A stretch of 64,000 nt of DNA from Vitrella brassicaformis CCMP3155 (GCA_001179505.1 CDMY01000104.1:124001-188000); one strand, 5' to 3'; shown: positions 12,712 to 25,300, counted from the stretch's first letter. Made by a program: numbers and translations. The notes: a model not told the origin generated them from the letters alone.

Positions 12712-15700
12712 TCAATCGTTGGTGTGCTGTCTGCACCGTGCGCCAAGGCCAAAATGCGCCCCTATGGCGCCCTTGCCCTGCAGCCTGGCACCACACAGGT
12801 AGCAGAAGTTGGCGCGACACGCCCAGCAGCTGCACACACACACACACGCACACACAGAGAGAGAGAGAGAGAGACTGATGGTCATGTGCGGGTCTGTTCT
12901 CTTTGTTGTGTACACACATGATATGGTTGTTGGCTCCTTGTTTCTGGTTGCGCGAGTGACACTGCGGGCACTGGCGTATCCTCAGCATCATACCGGCGGC
13001 CCTGTGGCCCCGCCGAGGTCGTCGTGGCGCCCGCAGTCTCCCCTCCGGGCGGCCGTCGCCGTCGCCGTCGCCGTCGCCGTCATCCTCATCGTCATCGTCG
13101 TCCATCAGCTCCCAATCCTGCGCCCACACACAGACAACGGTGTGGTGCATTGTGCGGGTGCGTTGTGGGTGAGGTGGGTGAATGCATTGGCTAGACCTCA
13201 TCGTCGTCATCTTCATCGTCGTCGTCGTCTTCGAATTGGGGGTGCCGACGGACGACGGGGCGGCCAAGGGGACCACTGACACATACCATCCATCCATCCA
13301 TGTCTGTGTGTCTGTCTGTCTGTCTGTGTGTCTGTCTGTTTGTGTACCGTGGGTGGTTGAGGCCTCTCATCATTCTGTTCCACCTCTCAATCTCCTCCAT
13401 GTCAAAGAGGTTGCAGTTGGGATTGTTGGCGAAGTGCTCGTACCTGCGCACACACATCACATGGAGAAGCGAATATATGAACGACTCACCTCACCAACCA
13501 CGCAGGCAGGGCACAGCAGATATCTAATGCGTGTCTGCCTGGATGTGTGGATGTCTACCCGCTGATTGGCTGGAGGCACTTCCAGCAGAAGTTGGTGTAG
13601 CACTGCTCGCACTTCTGATGCATGTCACACACGCGCGCGCGCGTGACATATTGGCCTCGTGTATGTGTGTGTGTGTGTGTGTGTGTGAGTAGGCTGACCA
13701 TCTTGTTGCACCCCTCCGTCTTGTAAATGGCCATACCGCACGTCGGGCACTGAATGAACACACACACACACAGGGTCGCATATTCATCCGTTTCTCCCTC
13801 CCTCCCTCCCTCCCTCCGTCTCTCTCACCTGTCTGGCCTCCCTCTTAATGGTCTTGAGGCTCTCGGCCTCTTGCTTTAAGTTCTGCTCACGACGAAGTAC
13901 CTCCTCGCCATACGCCTACACACACACACACACACACACACATGGCAGATGGGTGGACGCACGAGCAGGCCTTTTTCTGGCAGTAAGCCAGACCTTGTCG
14001 CCCTTAGATCTGGCTTCGAGGACTTCGAGGAGCTGCTCGGGGTCCAGACAAGCAGTGCCGGGGTGCCATTCGGCCCGGCAGATGCCGCAAAAGGCGAACT
14101 GACCGCCAGACACACCACACGGAGAGAACGACCCGTGGCCACTGGCTCACATGATGCAAACAGGCATGCTCTCTCTTACGTGGCACTTGGGGCATCGCGC
14201 AAGGTGATCTGCGTCCTCCAGCACCGCCTGATGCAATGCACCCACCTCACATCAGTCGGTCAGTCACGCCCCTTCCCTCCCTCTCCCTCCCTCCCTCCCT
14301 CACCCACATACCTACCGTGTTTTCGTTCCTGTGCGCTTCGCATCTCGGGCAGTAGACCAGGTCGCCCATGCCATCCAATGCCTTCTGCAGCGACAGCCGC
14401 TGCCACCTCTCATACTCGTCTTCATCCAGCAGGCGATGCAGCACCTCGGGGTCAATCGAACGGCCGCACGACGGCTCCGGGCAGCGCAGCAGATTTATGG
14501 CACCGTCCTGCAGTGCAGCACACACAGAGATTGTGTGGGTGTGGGTGTGGGTGTGGGTGTGGGGCAGGGAGGGAGGGAGGGAGGGGGTGTGCTGACTTTG
14601 ACGTGTGTCTTGACGAGGCCTGCGAGGCACTGAGTGCAGTAGGCGTGTCGGCAGCCGGGCAGTCGGTCCATCCTCTCGCCAAGCATCACGTCAAAGCATA
14701 TCTGATGGATGGATGGATGGATGGTCGACACTCTACGCCATGCCGCTCCGCGTGTATGCATGCATACCCACCATACCATGCAGGTGTGTTTGGTGGAACG
14801 GTACTCCACGTCTTCTCGAGAGGCGTCGTATCGCAGCAGCTCCTCCACACACACGCCCACGTCTGCGCACTCCTGCATCGCCCGGGGGTCGCCTGTGGTG
14901 TGGCCGTCGCCACCCTCCTCCCTTAACGGAGCGATGACAATCAGCCGCCCCATCGATAAATAGCCCATCGAATCTGTGGACAAAAAACTGACCACCACAC
15001 CACACCGCACCGATCGATCCATCTCTCATTCATTCTCATGACGCACCCACTCACTTTGCCCAAGTGAAGACGATCGGGCTCCCAGGCCCCTCCTCCTCCC
15101 ACAGCTGGTCCAGCCGTCTGCACAGCCTGCCGACGGCCCCCTTGTCGATCCACATGGCCGACAAAGTGAAGAAGGGCGACCTCCTCGAGGGGTATGCGGG
15201 CGGCATGACGATGTGCAGGGAGAGGGGCGGGAGGAAACGGACGCGGCCGATGGGGACGTCCTGCTGCTCTATCCTGAGCCGGTCGGGGTGGTCCTCATCT
15301 CCTGCGTAATTGGGGTGGTGCTGGGCGGAGGGTTCCTCGAACCGAGCGATGACGTCGATCGCCTCGTCGGATGGGGCGTCGGCCGACGATGGCGCGTCGG
15401 GGAAGGTCACCTGCACAGGCAGACAGGCGAGTACATGGCGGGATGTGTGTGTGGGGGTGTCTGTGTGTCTGTGTCTGTGGCGGCCGCTCACTTCCACGTC
15501 TAGCTGGAAGACTCTAGGGCTCTTGTCAGTAGATATGGCTGCAGACACATGACGCACACAGACAACAGACAGACACCAGGCACCGTCGAGTGAGCGTGGA
15601 GATAGATGAGTAGACAAGACAATGACGCCCACCCAATCCAATCCACCTTTAAAAGCCTCCATGTAGATGCTTTCCAGTGCCATAATCTCATCCTCCTGCG

Positions 15701-15887
15701 CCCTCTCGTTGGCCTCGCGCTCACCCTCGTCAAGCACGATGTCCTCTCGCTCCTCATTCTGCAGCTCATCTGATGGCGGTGGCTCATCGGTGACAGGTAT
15801 TGGCTCATCTGTCTTCTTGTCCTTGTGAGAGTCCTGCGGCAATGCTGTCTTGCTCTTGGGCACCCACACAGTTTGCCTTTTGGCCAT
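12712..15887 (-). CDS. RNF14: RWD domain + RBR (RING1-IBR-RING2) E3 ubiquitin ligase, RNF14/ARA54-like
   Basis: RWD: QEDEIMALESIY...FLPPLSLHIVMPPAYPS...PIVFTW. RING1: C..MLGE...CRHAYCTQC...CPEPSC. IBR: VYCPRC...FAFCGICRAEWHPGTAC. RING2: CPTCGMAIYKTEGCNKM...CYTNFCWKC. True ATG is at 15887 (the ORF-track start at 15950 is TTG). Confidence 0.85.
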
Positions 15888-15908
15888 CTCCTCCTCCTCC
15901 CTCCGAGA

Positions 15909-15944
15909 GAGCGGTTTTACGGAAAGTCCCTCCGCGAGCTTAGC
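15909..15944. promoter_or_regulatory. GAGCGGTTTTACGGAA (15909-15924) plus CGCGAGCTTAGC (15933-15944)
   Basis: Both words lie inside the 81-bp gap between the divergent ATGs at 15887(-) and 15969(+). Confidence 0.65.
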
Positions 15945-15968
15945 GTGCAAAGAAGGGGGAAGGGAAAG

Positions 15969-17279
15969 ATGGACCCCATCGAGGACAAGAGCATCATTTG
16001 GCCGCAGCCGTACAAACCCGCTCTGCGAGGTGGGTATCAGTCACTCATTTGTCTGTGTGGATTCACGTCTGTCTGTGTGCTGCAGGGCTCCCTGCTGCGG
16101 CAGCTCCCCACCCTGAGGCTGCCCCTCACCCTGGTCATCAGCCGAACGTAGAGGACCAGTTCATCATCGAGATAGAAGACGATGACGTGGGAGAGCAGCA
16201 GCAGCATCACGACGACGCCCATGCGGCCAATGCCGCCGCTGGGGCTGCTGCTCAACGTGAAGAAGACCAAGGCCAACGCGAGCAGCAGGACTATCAGCGG
16301 GCGGGTGCAGCCGGGGAATTTGAGGACTCTGAGAAGACCGAGTCTCAGAGTCAGGGGAGCGGCGAGATGGAGCGGATTGGCAGGGGCAAGGGCGAGGACA
16401 AGGGAGCGGTTTCCATGAGTGAGAGTGAAGGTCAGGAAGAGGATTCTGAATCGGACGGTGACGATGGCGCTGATGAGTACATCGACGAACAGAATTTTGA
16501 CGAGGGTGAGATGCGGCATGCACGATGGCGGTCGCTGGATGTTTCCATTGCAGTAGTGTTTCTGTGTTTCTGTGTGTCTGTGTGTGTGCCAGAGGATGTT
16601 CCGAGGCCAGATGACACGCCAAAGAGGCGTCTATTCGTTCCCGAGATGAAGGACGTCCCCCCTCTCACTGACGAGGCCTACGGGGCCCTCCCTCAACGTA
16701 TGCAACGACTAACAAAAGACAGACACCACACCAAATCACGGCTGACACTGATGTTGCTGCCCTCGGTCAGTGCTCGACCGCCTCAACGAGAGCCTCGTCG
16801 CCGAGTACCTCATGGGCAAGGACACCCTGGCCCCGCCGCTGCCCACACGGCAACACACCACCGGCATCAAATGGAAGCCGCGGCAAACCGCGTTCGGCAA
16901 GCCCAGAAACCCTGGGAGCTGGGCGTGGTCGCTGCCCAAGTCGCTGCGGGCCGAGCGCGAGCCGACCAACACGCTCAAGGAGAGAGGGACCGTGAAGGTC
17001 AAGTGCCGCACCGCCGAGGCCATCAGGGAGGGATTGCGGCTGGCGGTGAAGAGAAGGGACGAGATGCTCGAGAGACACAAGCAGCGGAAGCAGCAGCAGC
17101 AGCAGCAGATGAAGGAGGAAGTGAAGCAGGAAATCAAGAGGGAGAGGGAGAGAGAGGAGGGCAGCAGCAGAGACAGTGCCCCTGCTGCTGCCGCCGCCGC
17201 CGGTGATGGTGGACGTGCGAATAAGCGGCGCAGACAGGATGAGGATGAGGTCGGAGAGACGGGGATGGAGAGTGACTAA
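15969..17279 (+). CDS. Hypothetical acidic/basic low-complexity protein with a possible AP2-like DNA-binding domain
   Basis: Four exons (MDPIEDK...; GLPAAA...NFDE; EDVPRP...ALPQ; LDRLNES...MESD*). The segment TGIKW...SWAWSL...GTVKVK...AIREGLRLAVKRRDEML loosely resembles ApiAP2 domains. C-terminal NLS-like KRRR. Confidence 0.55.
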
Positions 17280-18278
17280 CTGATCTCTGCCGCGGGCTGC
17301 CCTCATTTTTCGTGGCATATGAGCTCGTATGTCTGTCTCGCTTTGAGGAATGGACGGACGGCTTGGGACGGTATGTGGTGTGTGGGGTGATGGCTGTATG
17401 GATGGATGTGCCGCAGTGTCTGTCGTATTGCGGCGAATGAGCCGCATGTAATGTATAGTATAGATAGGTGGGATAGTATAGAGATAGGTGGGATCGGCTG
17501 TCGTGCGTGTGTGTGTGGTGCCTCACGTTCGGGTGAGACTGAGGTAGTGCTGAAAAACTTTTGAGGTAACGGCCCGGTACGTACGAGGGAATGAGTGGTC
17601 TGGACGAACGGTCTGTCTGTCGCGGCACACTTACGACACGACGTACACAATACTAGTACACACATTGGCCGGCCGTCCATCCATCCACACCGGCCGGTGT
17701 CTCCTTGCCGCTGTGCCGCCCTCATCCTTGCTTCACCTCCCTCAGCAGATCAGCCACGAACGGTGGAAGCAGCCACCGCCCACAGTCGATCCACTGAACG
17801 ATTCTCAGCAAGAATGAGGCACTGCACTGCATGACAACATCCACCTCGTTGGCAGCAGAAGAACGGGATGGGAGGAGAAAAACATCACACACACATCTGT
17901 TTTGGGTGCGCGCTGTCTGGCTGTCCCACTTCTATCAGCCGGCCTGACACCTTTGCTCATCAATGCCTCGACACATCGACGAACACAGGTGCACGTCGTG
18001 CAGACGAGATGGGAGCACCCAGACGCATGAACACCCAACATCAGATCACCCGACGGACAGGCAGACAAGCTCAGCCAGCCCCTCACTTTCACACGCCAGA
18101 CACACACAACAGACAGACCACTGCGTACTCACCACCCACCATACGCACACGCACACGAGCAAAATCGCCCGTCGTGCACTGTGTTGTTGAAACACGCCTA
18201 GGCGGGTGAGTGTCCCCCCACCCTCCCTCCCAAGTTCCCTTCCCCATCCCTTGTGTGTGTGTGGTGGGAGGGGTGTGG

Positions 18279-18937
18279 TTACTCGAACACCCATCCGGGT
18301 ACGACGTATGATCTGTTTGTGGCGGCCTTGGGCGTGTGGTAGGCGCCACGCATGTCGCCTACTATCAGATGCTCATACCTACAGACACACACATTACACA
18401 GCACACCAATGCGTGCCGGGCGGCCCCCCGCAGGTGATGCGGCTCTTTCCCTACTGTTTGTCGGTCAGCTCGCCCCGCTTCCACTTCTGTGTGCAGCAGA
18501 ACTTGAACCACGGACCTGACACATACACACAGGCAAACACACACACACGGCTCACTGCCTTGCACCCAGCCCTTGCTGCACTGTCTGTTGTGTGTGCCAG
18601 CCAGCTTCCCGACTCCGCCCACCAGGGTTGTTCGGCAGCATGGTGTACTCCGGTGGGTGGCACCACACCATGATCCAGCACTGATTGATGCCAACACACG
18701 CACACCACAGACAAACAGACAAACAGACAGATCACGCGACGAAGCCCCATCGTTGTGCTCTGCGCTGTTGCCGTCTTGGCTGCCGTGCTGTGCTGTGCTG
18801 TTGGTGTGCCGTTGGTGTGGCTTTGTCCTTACCCATCCCACCGTGAACCATCCGAGGCACCATCTGTTTTGGAAGACCACCTTGTCGCGGGTCAAGCCCG
18901 GAAAGTACTTCCAGAAGAAATCCGCCGGTAAGACCAT
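18279..18937 (-). CDS. Small (about 130 aa) Trp-rich single-pass membrane protein of unknown function
   Basis: Four GT-AG exons splice in frame to MVLPADFFWKYFPGLTRDKVVFQNRWCLGWFTVGWCWIMVWCHPPEYTMLPNNP...GPWFKFCCTQKWKRGELTDKQYEHLIVGDMRGAYHTPKAATNRSYVVPGWVFE*. No single ORF in the supplied track covers it. Confidence 0.6.
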
Positions 18938-18985
18938 GGCGGCGGGCAACCTCCTCCCGCCTCTTTCTCCCTCTCTTCGCAAAGT

Positions 18986-19021
18986 GAGCGGTTTTATGGA
19001 AGCTCGCAAGCTAGGCTCGCA
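18986..19021. promoter_or_regulatory. GAGCGGTTTTATGGAA (18986-19001) overlapping AAGCTCGCA, followed by GCTAGGCTCGCA (19010-19021)
   Basis: Lies between the divergent starts at 18937(-) and about 19144(+); same pair of words as at 15909-15944. Confidence 0.6.
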
Positions 19022-19143
19022 CACGCGCCGGGGTGGATTCCGCTCCTCAGGTACGCAGCACCGACACCCGCCTCCACAGCACACACACATCCCCCACCAC
19101 GAACCGTCTGTTTGTTGCTTGCTTCAGAAGTCTGCAGGTCGGT

Positions 19144-20867
19144 ATGTACGTCATCACACTGCCCGACACGGGAGGCGGGCCGATAGGTCCAGGGCCGCCG
19201 GGGATGCCCGGATCTCCCACGGCGGCGCAGAGGCAGCAGTCGGCACGATTCTGCGCGACGGTGATGCTGTTCATTTGTATCATGCTTCTGATGAGGATAC
19301 AGCACGACCACTATGTCACAATGATTGAAAACAAGAAGAAAATGCCCAGGAAGGTAGGAGAGAGGGAGAGGGAGAGGGAGAGGAAGAGTGTGTGTGCATC
19401 CATTTGTGTGTGTGTGTGTGTGTGTGTGGTGCAGCATTATCCGTTTGACCTTGAGAGCTTCACCAAGGACCCGCACACCATCCTCGGCGCCATCCACCTG
19501 TCGCCCTCTCCCCCCTCGCCCTCCTCCTTCTTCCACTTCCCGCTCAACGCCACCCTCCACACAAAGCAGCGGCAGCACACAGCCACCCTCATCACCTCGC
19601 AGGTAGCTTCAGGCAGCCGCACATCCGTCGACGATTAGTCCATCCATGGACTGGAGGTGTGTGTGTGTTGGCTGTTGGCTCTTTTGGTGTGTGTGTGTGG
19701 CAGGCACACACGTCTTTCTTCAGCAACGCCGCCAATCCCAAGCAGGAGCAGTCGACCTACTTCTTCTCGCCGGCGGACAAGGGCGGCATGGACGACATGA
19801 TCGCCCTGCAAGTCACCTACGAGAACGCCATGTGTCATGACACAACGACTGCTGAGGAGCGGGAGGGCGAGGGGGAGGCCGTGTGCTATGTCGGCGTGCG
19901 GAGCGCCCCTGCTGACCAGTGCGACGCCTGCAAGAGCCAGAACCACAATCACACAGACAAAGAGAAAGGGGCTAGTGGTAGTGGTAGTGGCCCGCCGCTG
20001 CGCTGCCTCTCCGTCGTGAGCGCCACATCGTCTGTGAACGACCTGGCCGACGCCGGCCGGCAATCGAACCACACCTTCTGTGGCAGCCCAATAGACGGGC
20101 TGGTGGCCATCGACGCGAGAAGGAGGCGGGTGTTCTTTGTGGCGCCACACAAAGGGGGCGGGCGGACGTCTTTCTGCGTGCGTGTGTACTCCATGGATGA
20201 CGATGGTGACAGAAGGGGGTCGGTCAGCGATTGTCATGTGTTGGACATTCCTGAGCTGAGGACTCCCGTGCAGAGGGCGCCGGTCTATGTGGGTTATGTG
20301 GATGGGGGGCGGGTTGGGGGAGGCGGTGGCGGTGGGGGTGGGGCGCTGTGTGTGTATTACTATGTCGAGGGGTCGGTCTTGGGCAATGTGCTCGCTGTGG
20401 ATATTCTCGATGTCGACAACAACATGGTAGACACAGACAGACGGAGGGAGGGAGTGCGAATGCATCGTCTCGCTTCTTTCATTTCCTTCAGGTGCGTCGC
20501 GCGCCGACCAAGAAGTTCTACACGCTCACTTCTGGTGCGTCAGTCAGAGGCACCCAAACAAAACAAACGGGGTGGATACGTGTGTGTGACTGTGTGGTGT
20601 GGTGTGGTGCAGGCTGGCTGCTGTCGATACAAGAGCGGCGGAAGCAGACTGGCGTGCCCATCCAGGAGAGGGGATACATCATGTTACTCGGTGAGAGAGA
20701 GACACCACCCACACACCTCACACACAGACGCCGACCTGAGTGCGTGTGTGTGTGTAGGTGAGACTCCCCACCCCAACTTGCTTCATGTGCTCGATATGGG
20801 AAATCCTGACGGGGGGGTGGATCTGCACGTGTGGGATAACAAGGGGAACCACTACAGGCCGCCGTAG
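19144..20867 (+). CDS. Hypothetical type II membrane protein with a large Cys-containing luminal domain
   Basis: MYVITLPDT..GPIGPGPPG, then TM FCATVMLFICIMLLMRI. Downstream exons: HYPFDLESF, AHTSFFSN...ILDVDNNM, and a last exon GETPHPNLLHVLDMGNPDGGVDLHVWDNKGNHYRPP*. Internal splice sites are uncertain. Confidence 0.55.
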
Positions 20868-21121
20868 TCGAGACCCGCCCTTACGATTCTATCTATTGTC
20901 GGCGACCTTCGTCCTGTGCTGCAGCACCACTTGAATAGCACGCCTTAGCCACACAGACAGACAGACAGACAGAGATCCATGCCCATGGATGGGGCCCTGA
21001 GTGTTTGCGTGTACGGACGGCTGCTGACAGACAGACACACACACACACGCACACGTACACACACGGAGCGGACGACAGACACACGACAACGGCATTTTTC
21101 CGTTTGCTGAATAGCTATGTA

Positions 21122-22250
21122 CTACGGTCCTGGTGACAGGATCATCTTGGCATAGTATTTCTGCACCTCCTCGCTCTCAAAAGTCGCTCCGCCCTTCTTC
21201 CGCAGCAACCCCAGCCGCTGACCTTCCGAAGGGCTCTCGCCCACCAGCTCATAAGTGTTCGGCAAATGTGTCAATATGTCTTCCTGCATGGCAACCACAC
21301 ACACACACACACACTGTTCGTTCTGCATCTGTCGGTGCCTTAGGTGAGTCACCTTGAAGCGCTCAAAGTCATGGATAAGCACCTTCGTGTCGGCGTCAAT
21401 GTACTTGAGGGCGTGCATCAGACACGCCAGCCGATACCGGCCGTCGACCAGCACAAAGTCGTAATGGGTCACTTTGGCAAGGGCAGCCACCGTGTCCATA
21501 ACTTCAATGTACGAAGCCAAGAAGTACTTGAGGGCGTTCTCGGGGCTGTCCGCGGGGTAGCCAAACTGAGCTGTCGGCGCGTACCTACACACTCATCAAC
21601 ACACACACACACACACATGGAGAGAGAGACAGAGAGAGAGAGAGAGGGATAGATAGAGAAAGAGGGAAAGAAACACGCCTGATACCGGTTTGCACATAAG
21701 TACACCAGCCTCCCAGCCGCCCTCAGCGTGTTCATAGCATCGGCGTATTTCCTCTCCATGTCGTCACACCACCTCGGCTGGTTCTCAATCGAATACAGCA
21801 CATTCACGCGGCTACATGTGTGCCACACAAATCGTGTAAGAAAGAGCATTCAACCACCTTACGATGTATACGGTCCATTCACCTTGCGATAAAGAAGGTC
21901 GATCCACCAGAGCCCCACTCGAGTGCCACCTGGCCGCTGTGGAGGGTCTGCAGGGTCTTCTCGAGGAATTCCAACTCGGCTGGCGGCATCATCGCCTTCA
22001 TCGGCGGGTTTCTTCTTATCTCTGCAATCATGGCGTCCTTCTCCGGCGGATTGTCCTCTTGATCTGGTGGATCTTGGTCTGGATCTGTGCTGCTGTTGCT
22101 CTTCCGGTTGATTCAGGGCAGCCGCCGTGTTGGTGGCTTTCCACCATGCGATAAGAGGCCGATTTGGAAGCACAGAATGCCCACGCCGATGCAGAGGACG
22201 AGAAATGCGGACAGCAGGGCGGGGGAGAGACCCGAAACGGCTTCTTTCAT
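21122..22250 (-). CDS. Class I SAM-dependent methyltransferase-like protein (Methyltransf_24/DUF579-like); the N-terminal signal anchor is separated from the catalytic domain by an in-frame TGA
   Basis: Motif I LEWGSGGST, post-I YSIENQPRW, and YDFVLVDGRYRLAC...VLIHDF. The upstream in-frame MKEAVSGLSPALLSAFLVLCIGVGILCFQIG is a signal anchor. TGA at 22113-22115. Confidence 0.75.
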
Positions 22251-22308
22251 GTGGCCGCAGGAGATCCTGGCATCTGTGTAAACGAGACGCGGAGCCCCCT
22301 CCCCCCCC

Positions 22309-22321
22309 GCTTAGTCTCGCA
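22309..22321. promoter_or_regulatory. Motif variant GCTTAGTCTCGCA
   Basis: One-base insertion relative to the consensus; lies in the 70-bp gap between 22250(-) and 22321(+). Confidence 0.4.
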
Positions 22322-25300
22322 TGCTGTCGCATGTTCGTCTGTTGGCGGCCCTCGCTGCCATAGTGTCGGCCGCCTTTTACCCACACAGACATCATGACAC
22401 ACCCACACAGAAGCTTCCGCCTGATACACAGGGTAAAGAGAAAAGAACGTCTTCAAATGATGGCTTCAAGTTGTATTATGACGTTGGTTGCAGGGTCGTG
22501 TGCGATGCTGAACAGCAGCCTCAACGACAAGCAGACACGCAAATGCAAGTTGTGCAGAACCACCACTCACAAGGACCCGGAATGCACAGCGGTCAGACAG
22601 AGACACCGCCGCGTGTCAACACATCATAATGTGTGCGGGTGTGTTTGCGTGTGTGTGTGTGTGTGTGTGCAGTTTGCGAGCAGGGGCCCGGCGTGCATCA
22701 CGTGGTCCGAGCAGGGTCAGCACCTTTTCCGATGCACACCTGACGGCCAGATCGATGTCAGTACGTCTCTGGGCACACCACAGAGCTTCCTCCTTCCCTC
22801 TCCCTTCCCTGACTCATATATGTGAGATTTCTGTGCATTGGCAGAGAGAGGGGTATTACACCTTGGAGGCTGACCCTGAACCCCCCCAGCTATCACAAGA
22901 TGAGAAGAAGAGAATGGACCTGCCGGAAAATCTGCCCGCCCAAGCCGTGCAGGTGCGAAAGCACGCGGCCTATTGCTTGCATTCGCGCGTGTGCCTATTG
23001 CTTGCATTCGCGCGTGTGCGTGCATGTGTCCACAGGTGTCGCTCGGATCCACTGGCCTGCTAGGTGGTGAGGAGAAAAAGTGCCGCTTCGTGAGGAAAAA
23101 GTCGCCAGAATGTGACAAGAATGCCATCTGGAGATATTTTGACAACTTCCACAGGACGGCCGACAGTAAGCGGACAAAGCATCTAGCCAGCCATGCCGTG
23201 CCCACAACCATGTGTGCGGTGATGTGCAGGGCCAGAGGGTGGCTGCAAAATGCCTCTAACGGATGTCGAAGAGTGCCCGCAGGTGTGCCTGTACCACGAC
23301 TTTCCCGACCCAATGCCGCGACTCTACGAATGCGGCACAGATATGAAGCCCAGAGGGGTAAGCCGACCTAGCCGATATACATACCGAAAATTGGGTTATG
23401 GGTCTATCATGGAGCGAGAAACGTCCTTCGTGTGTTGATGTGTGCAGAGGGCCTCTCCGAAGACCCCGACGGCGAGCCGCGGCCTCCCTATTTACGTGTT
23501 GGCGACACTGGGGCTGCGGAGGAAGTATACACAGAACTGCTTCTACGACGACACCCCTGCAAGCCCCATAGACACGTGCAGACAAGAGGACATAGACAAG
23601 CTGGCCAAACAAGAGTTGAGTAAGCCAGCCATCCGACATATATACATGGGCCAGACACACATAAACTGAGCATGTGCTGTGTCATTCAGCGTGCTCGCGC
23701 GGCTGGACAGCCACAAAAGCACCCTTTGATGCTCTTGAAGACCCGTGTGCGTCAGTGACAGCGTGCAGGAATATCAATGGAAACCTCTTCGTATGCAGCG
23801 GCGCATCGACTACGGTATTGTGCATGTCGCCGCCACATTATCACAATGCACACCTCCACTCCGAGTGCATGGTTGGGCGCAGGGCTACCTCGACAGTGCC
23901 GACTTCGAGAAAGATGAGCGGGCATACGCTGCCGACGTGACCGTGGACATTCTAAAGGAGCAACATCAATGCTCCTTTGCAGACGTCACCCCTTGCCAGC
24001 AAGGACCACGCAAAGACGAAGGTCAATCCACAAAGAGAGAGAGAGGCATATGATGTGTCACCCTCTGTCCATATCAGGTTGCAAGAGGTCGACTTCGGAA
24101 TCAGATGCGTGTAACGATGTGACGGCGTGCTATGACCCACAAGGGGCCGCCAGCAAACAACCGGCGCTCGTCGTGTGCACTGGCAAGGACCTGGTGACAA
24201 AGAAAGCGCCTGTTGCTTGGTGGGCAGATGATGGTTGTCGTGTTGCCATGCCGACTAACAGCGGCCCTTTGAAGTGGCGAGACTGGCAAGAATCGGTGAG
24301 GACCAATGGGCACTTCCCCAGGATTCGAAGGACGCCGGTTGCACGTTTGAGAGGCTGCCGCGGTGCCCGCACGTGCACGCCGAACGGCCTCCCGAACCAC
24401 CACCCGAACAACCAGGCTGTAAGCGTGCGACTGACGGAGACATCGAGTATCCGCAGATCGTTGTTTGTAGGGTGCACGAGCGGGTATGTGCCGAGCCTGC
24501 CAAGTCCGGAAATGGCGGGCGACCCTTGTGCATCGGTGACGGCATGTAAGACCCAAGGTGGCGAGCTATCGCTCTGCGGTGGCTCAATTGACCTGGTACA
24601 GATACTCCACGGCTCACATATACGGGAGTGACAATCGGATGTGCGTTCGAAGGGGACGGTGTGGGCCGAAGAGGTGGATTTTAAGCATGACCGGGCACTG
24701 GACATCTTCACCCTGATGGTTGAGTTGCCTTCCCGCGGTCGACATGAACTCAGGTAGGGAGAGACACAACACAATGCATGACCATTTTCTTACACAACTA
24801 AGTGGCTGGTCCCGTGTCATTGTTGTCGAAATGGATAGCGGGGAGACACACAGGTGCGCTTTCGAACACCCCCCGCCATGCCCAAGGGGCAGACCAAAGG
24901 AGCCACCTGGTCAGTCAGCAGCTGTTCTTCTTCGGTGTATACGTATGTATGTATGTCTACGTCTTGTTTGTTTCTTCAGCGTGCCGTGAGTCGAGCAATT
25001 GCAAAGGCACCAGGGCGTGTGTGCGGCCACGCGGGAGCGAAGGGCCCGGCACACCGACAAACAGCACGCTCATGCTCTGCAAGGAGGACAAAGTGGGCCG
25101 TGTTCATTTCTTACCTCATCCGTACACACAGAATGCTGCTGAATATTGGTTGGCTCACTTGGCTGGCAGGGCGAGGCGACTGAATTTGACGGCGCGTACA
25201 CGGTCTTCCGACTCACATATAGATCGGATATGAACCACGCAATAGAAGGTGAGTGGCAACACGGGCACGAGAGACTGCACGCCTCTATGTATTAGATCAT

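Noticed and set aside
18934-18939. Two opposite-strand ATGs overlapping in one CATG palindrome (MVLPADFF on -, MAAGNLL on +)
   Set aside because: The + frame is a short low-information peptide that overlaps the promoter words. The + gene more plausibly starts at 19144.
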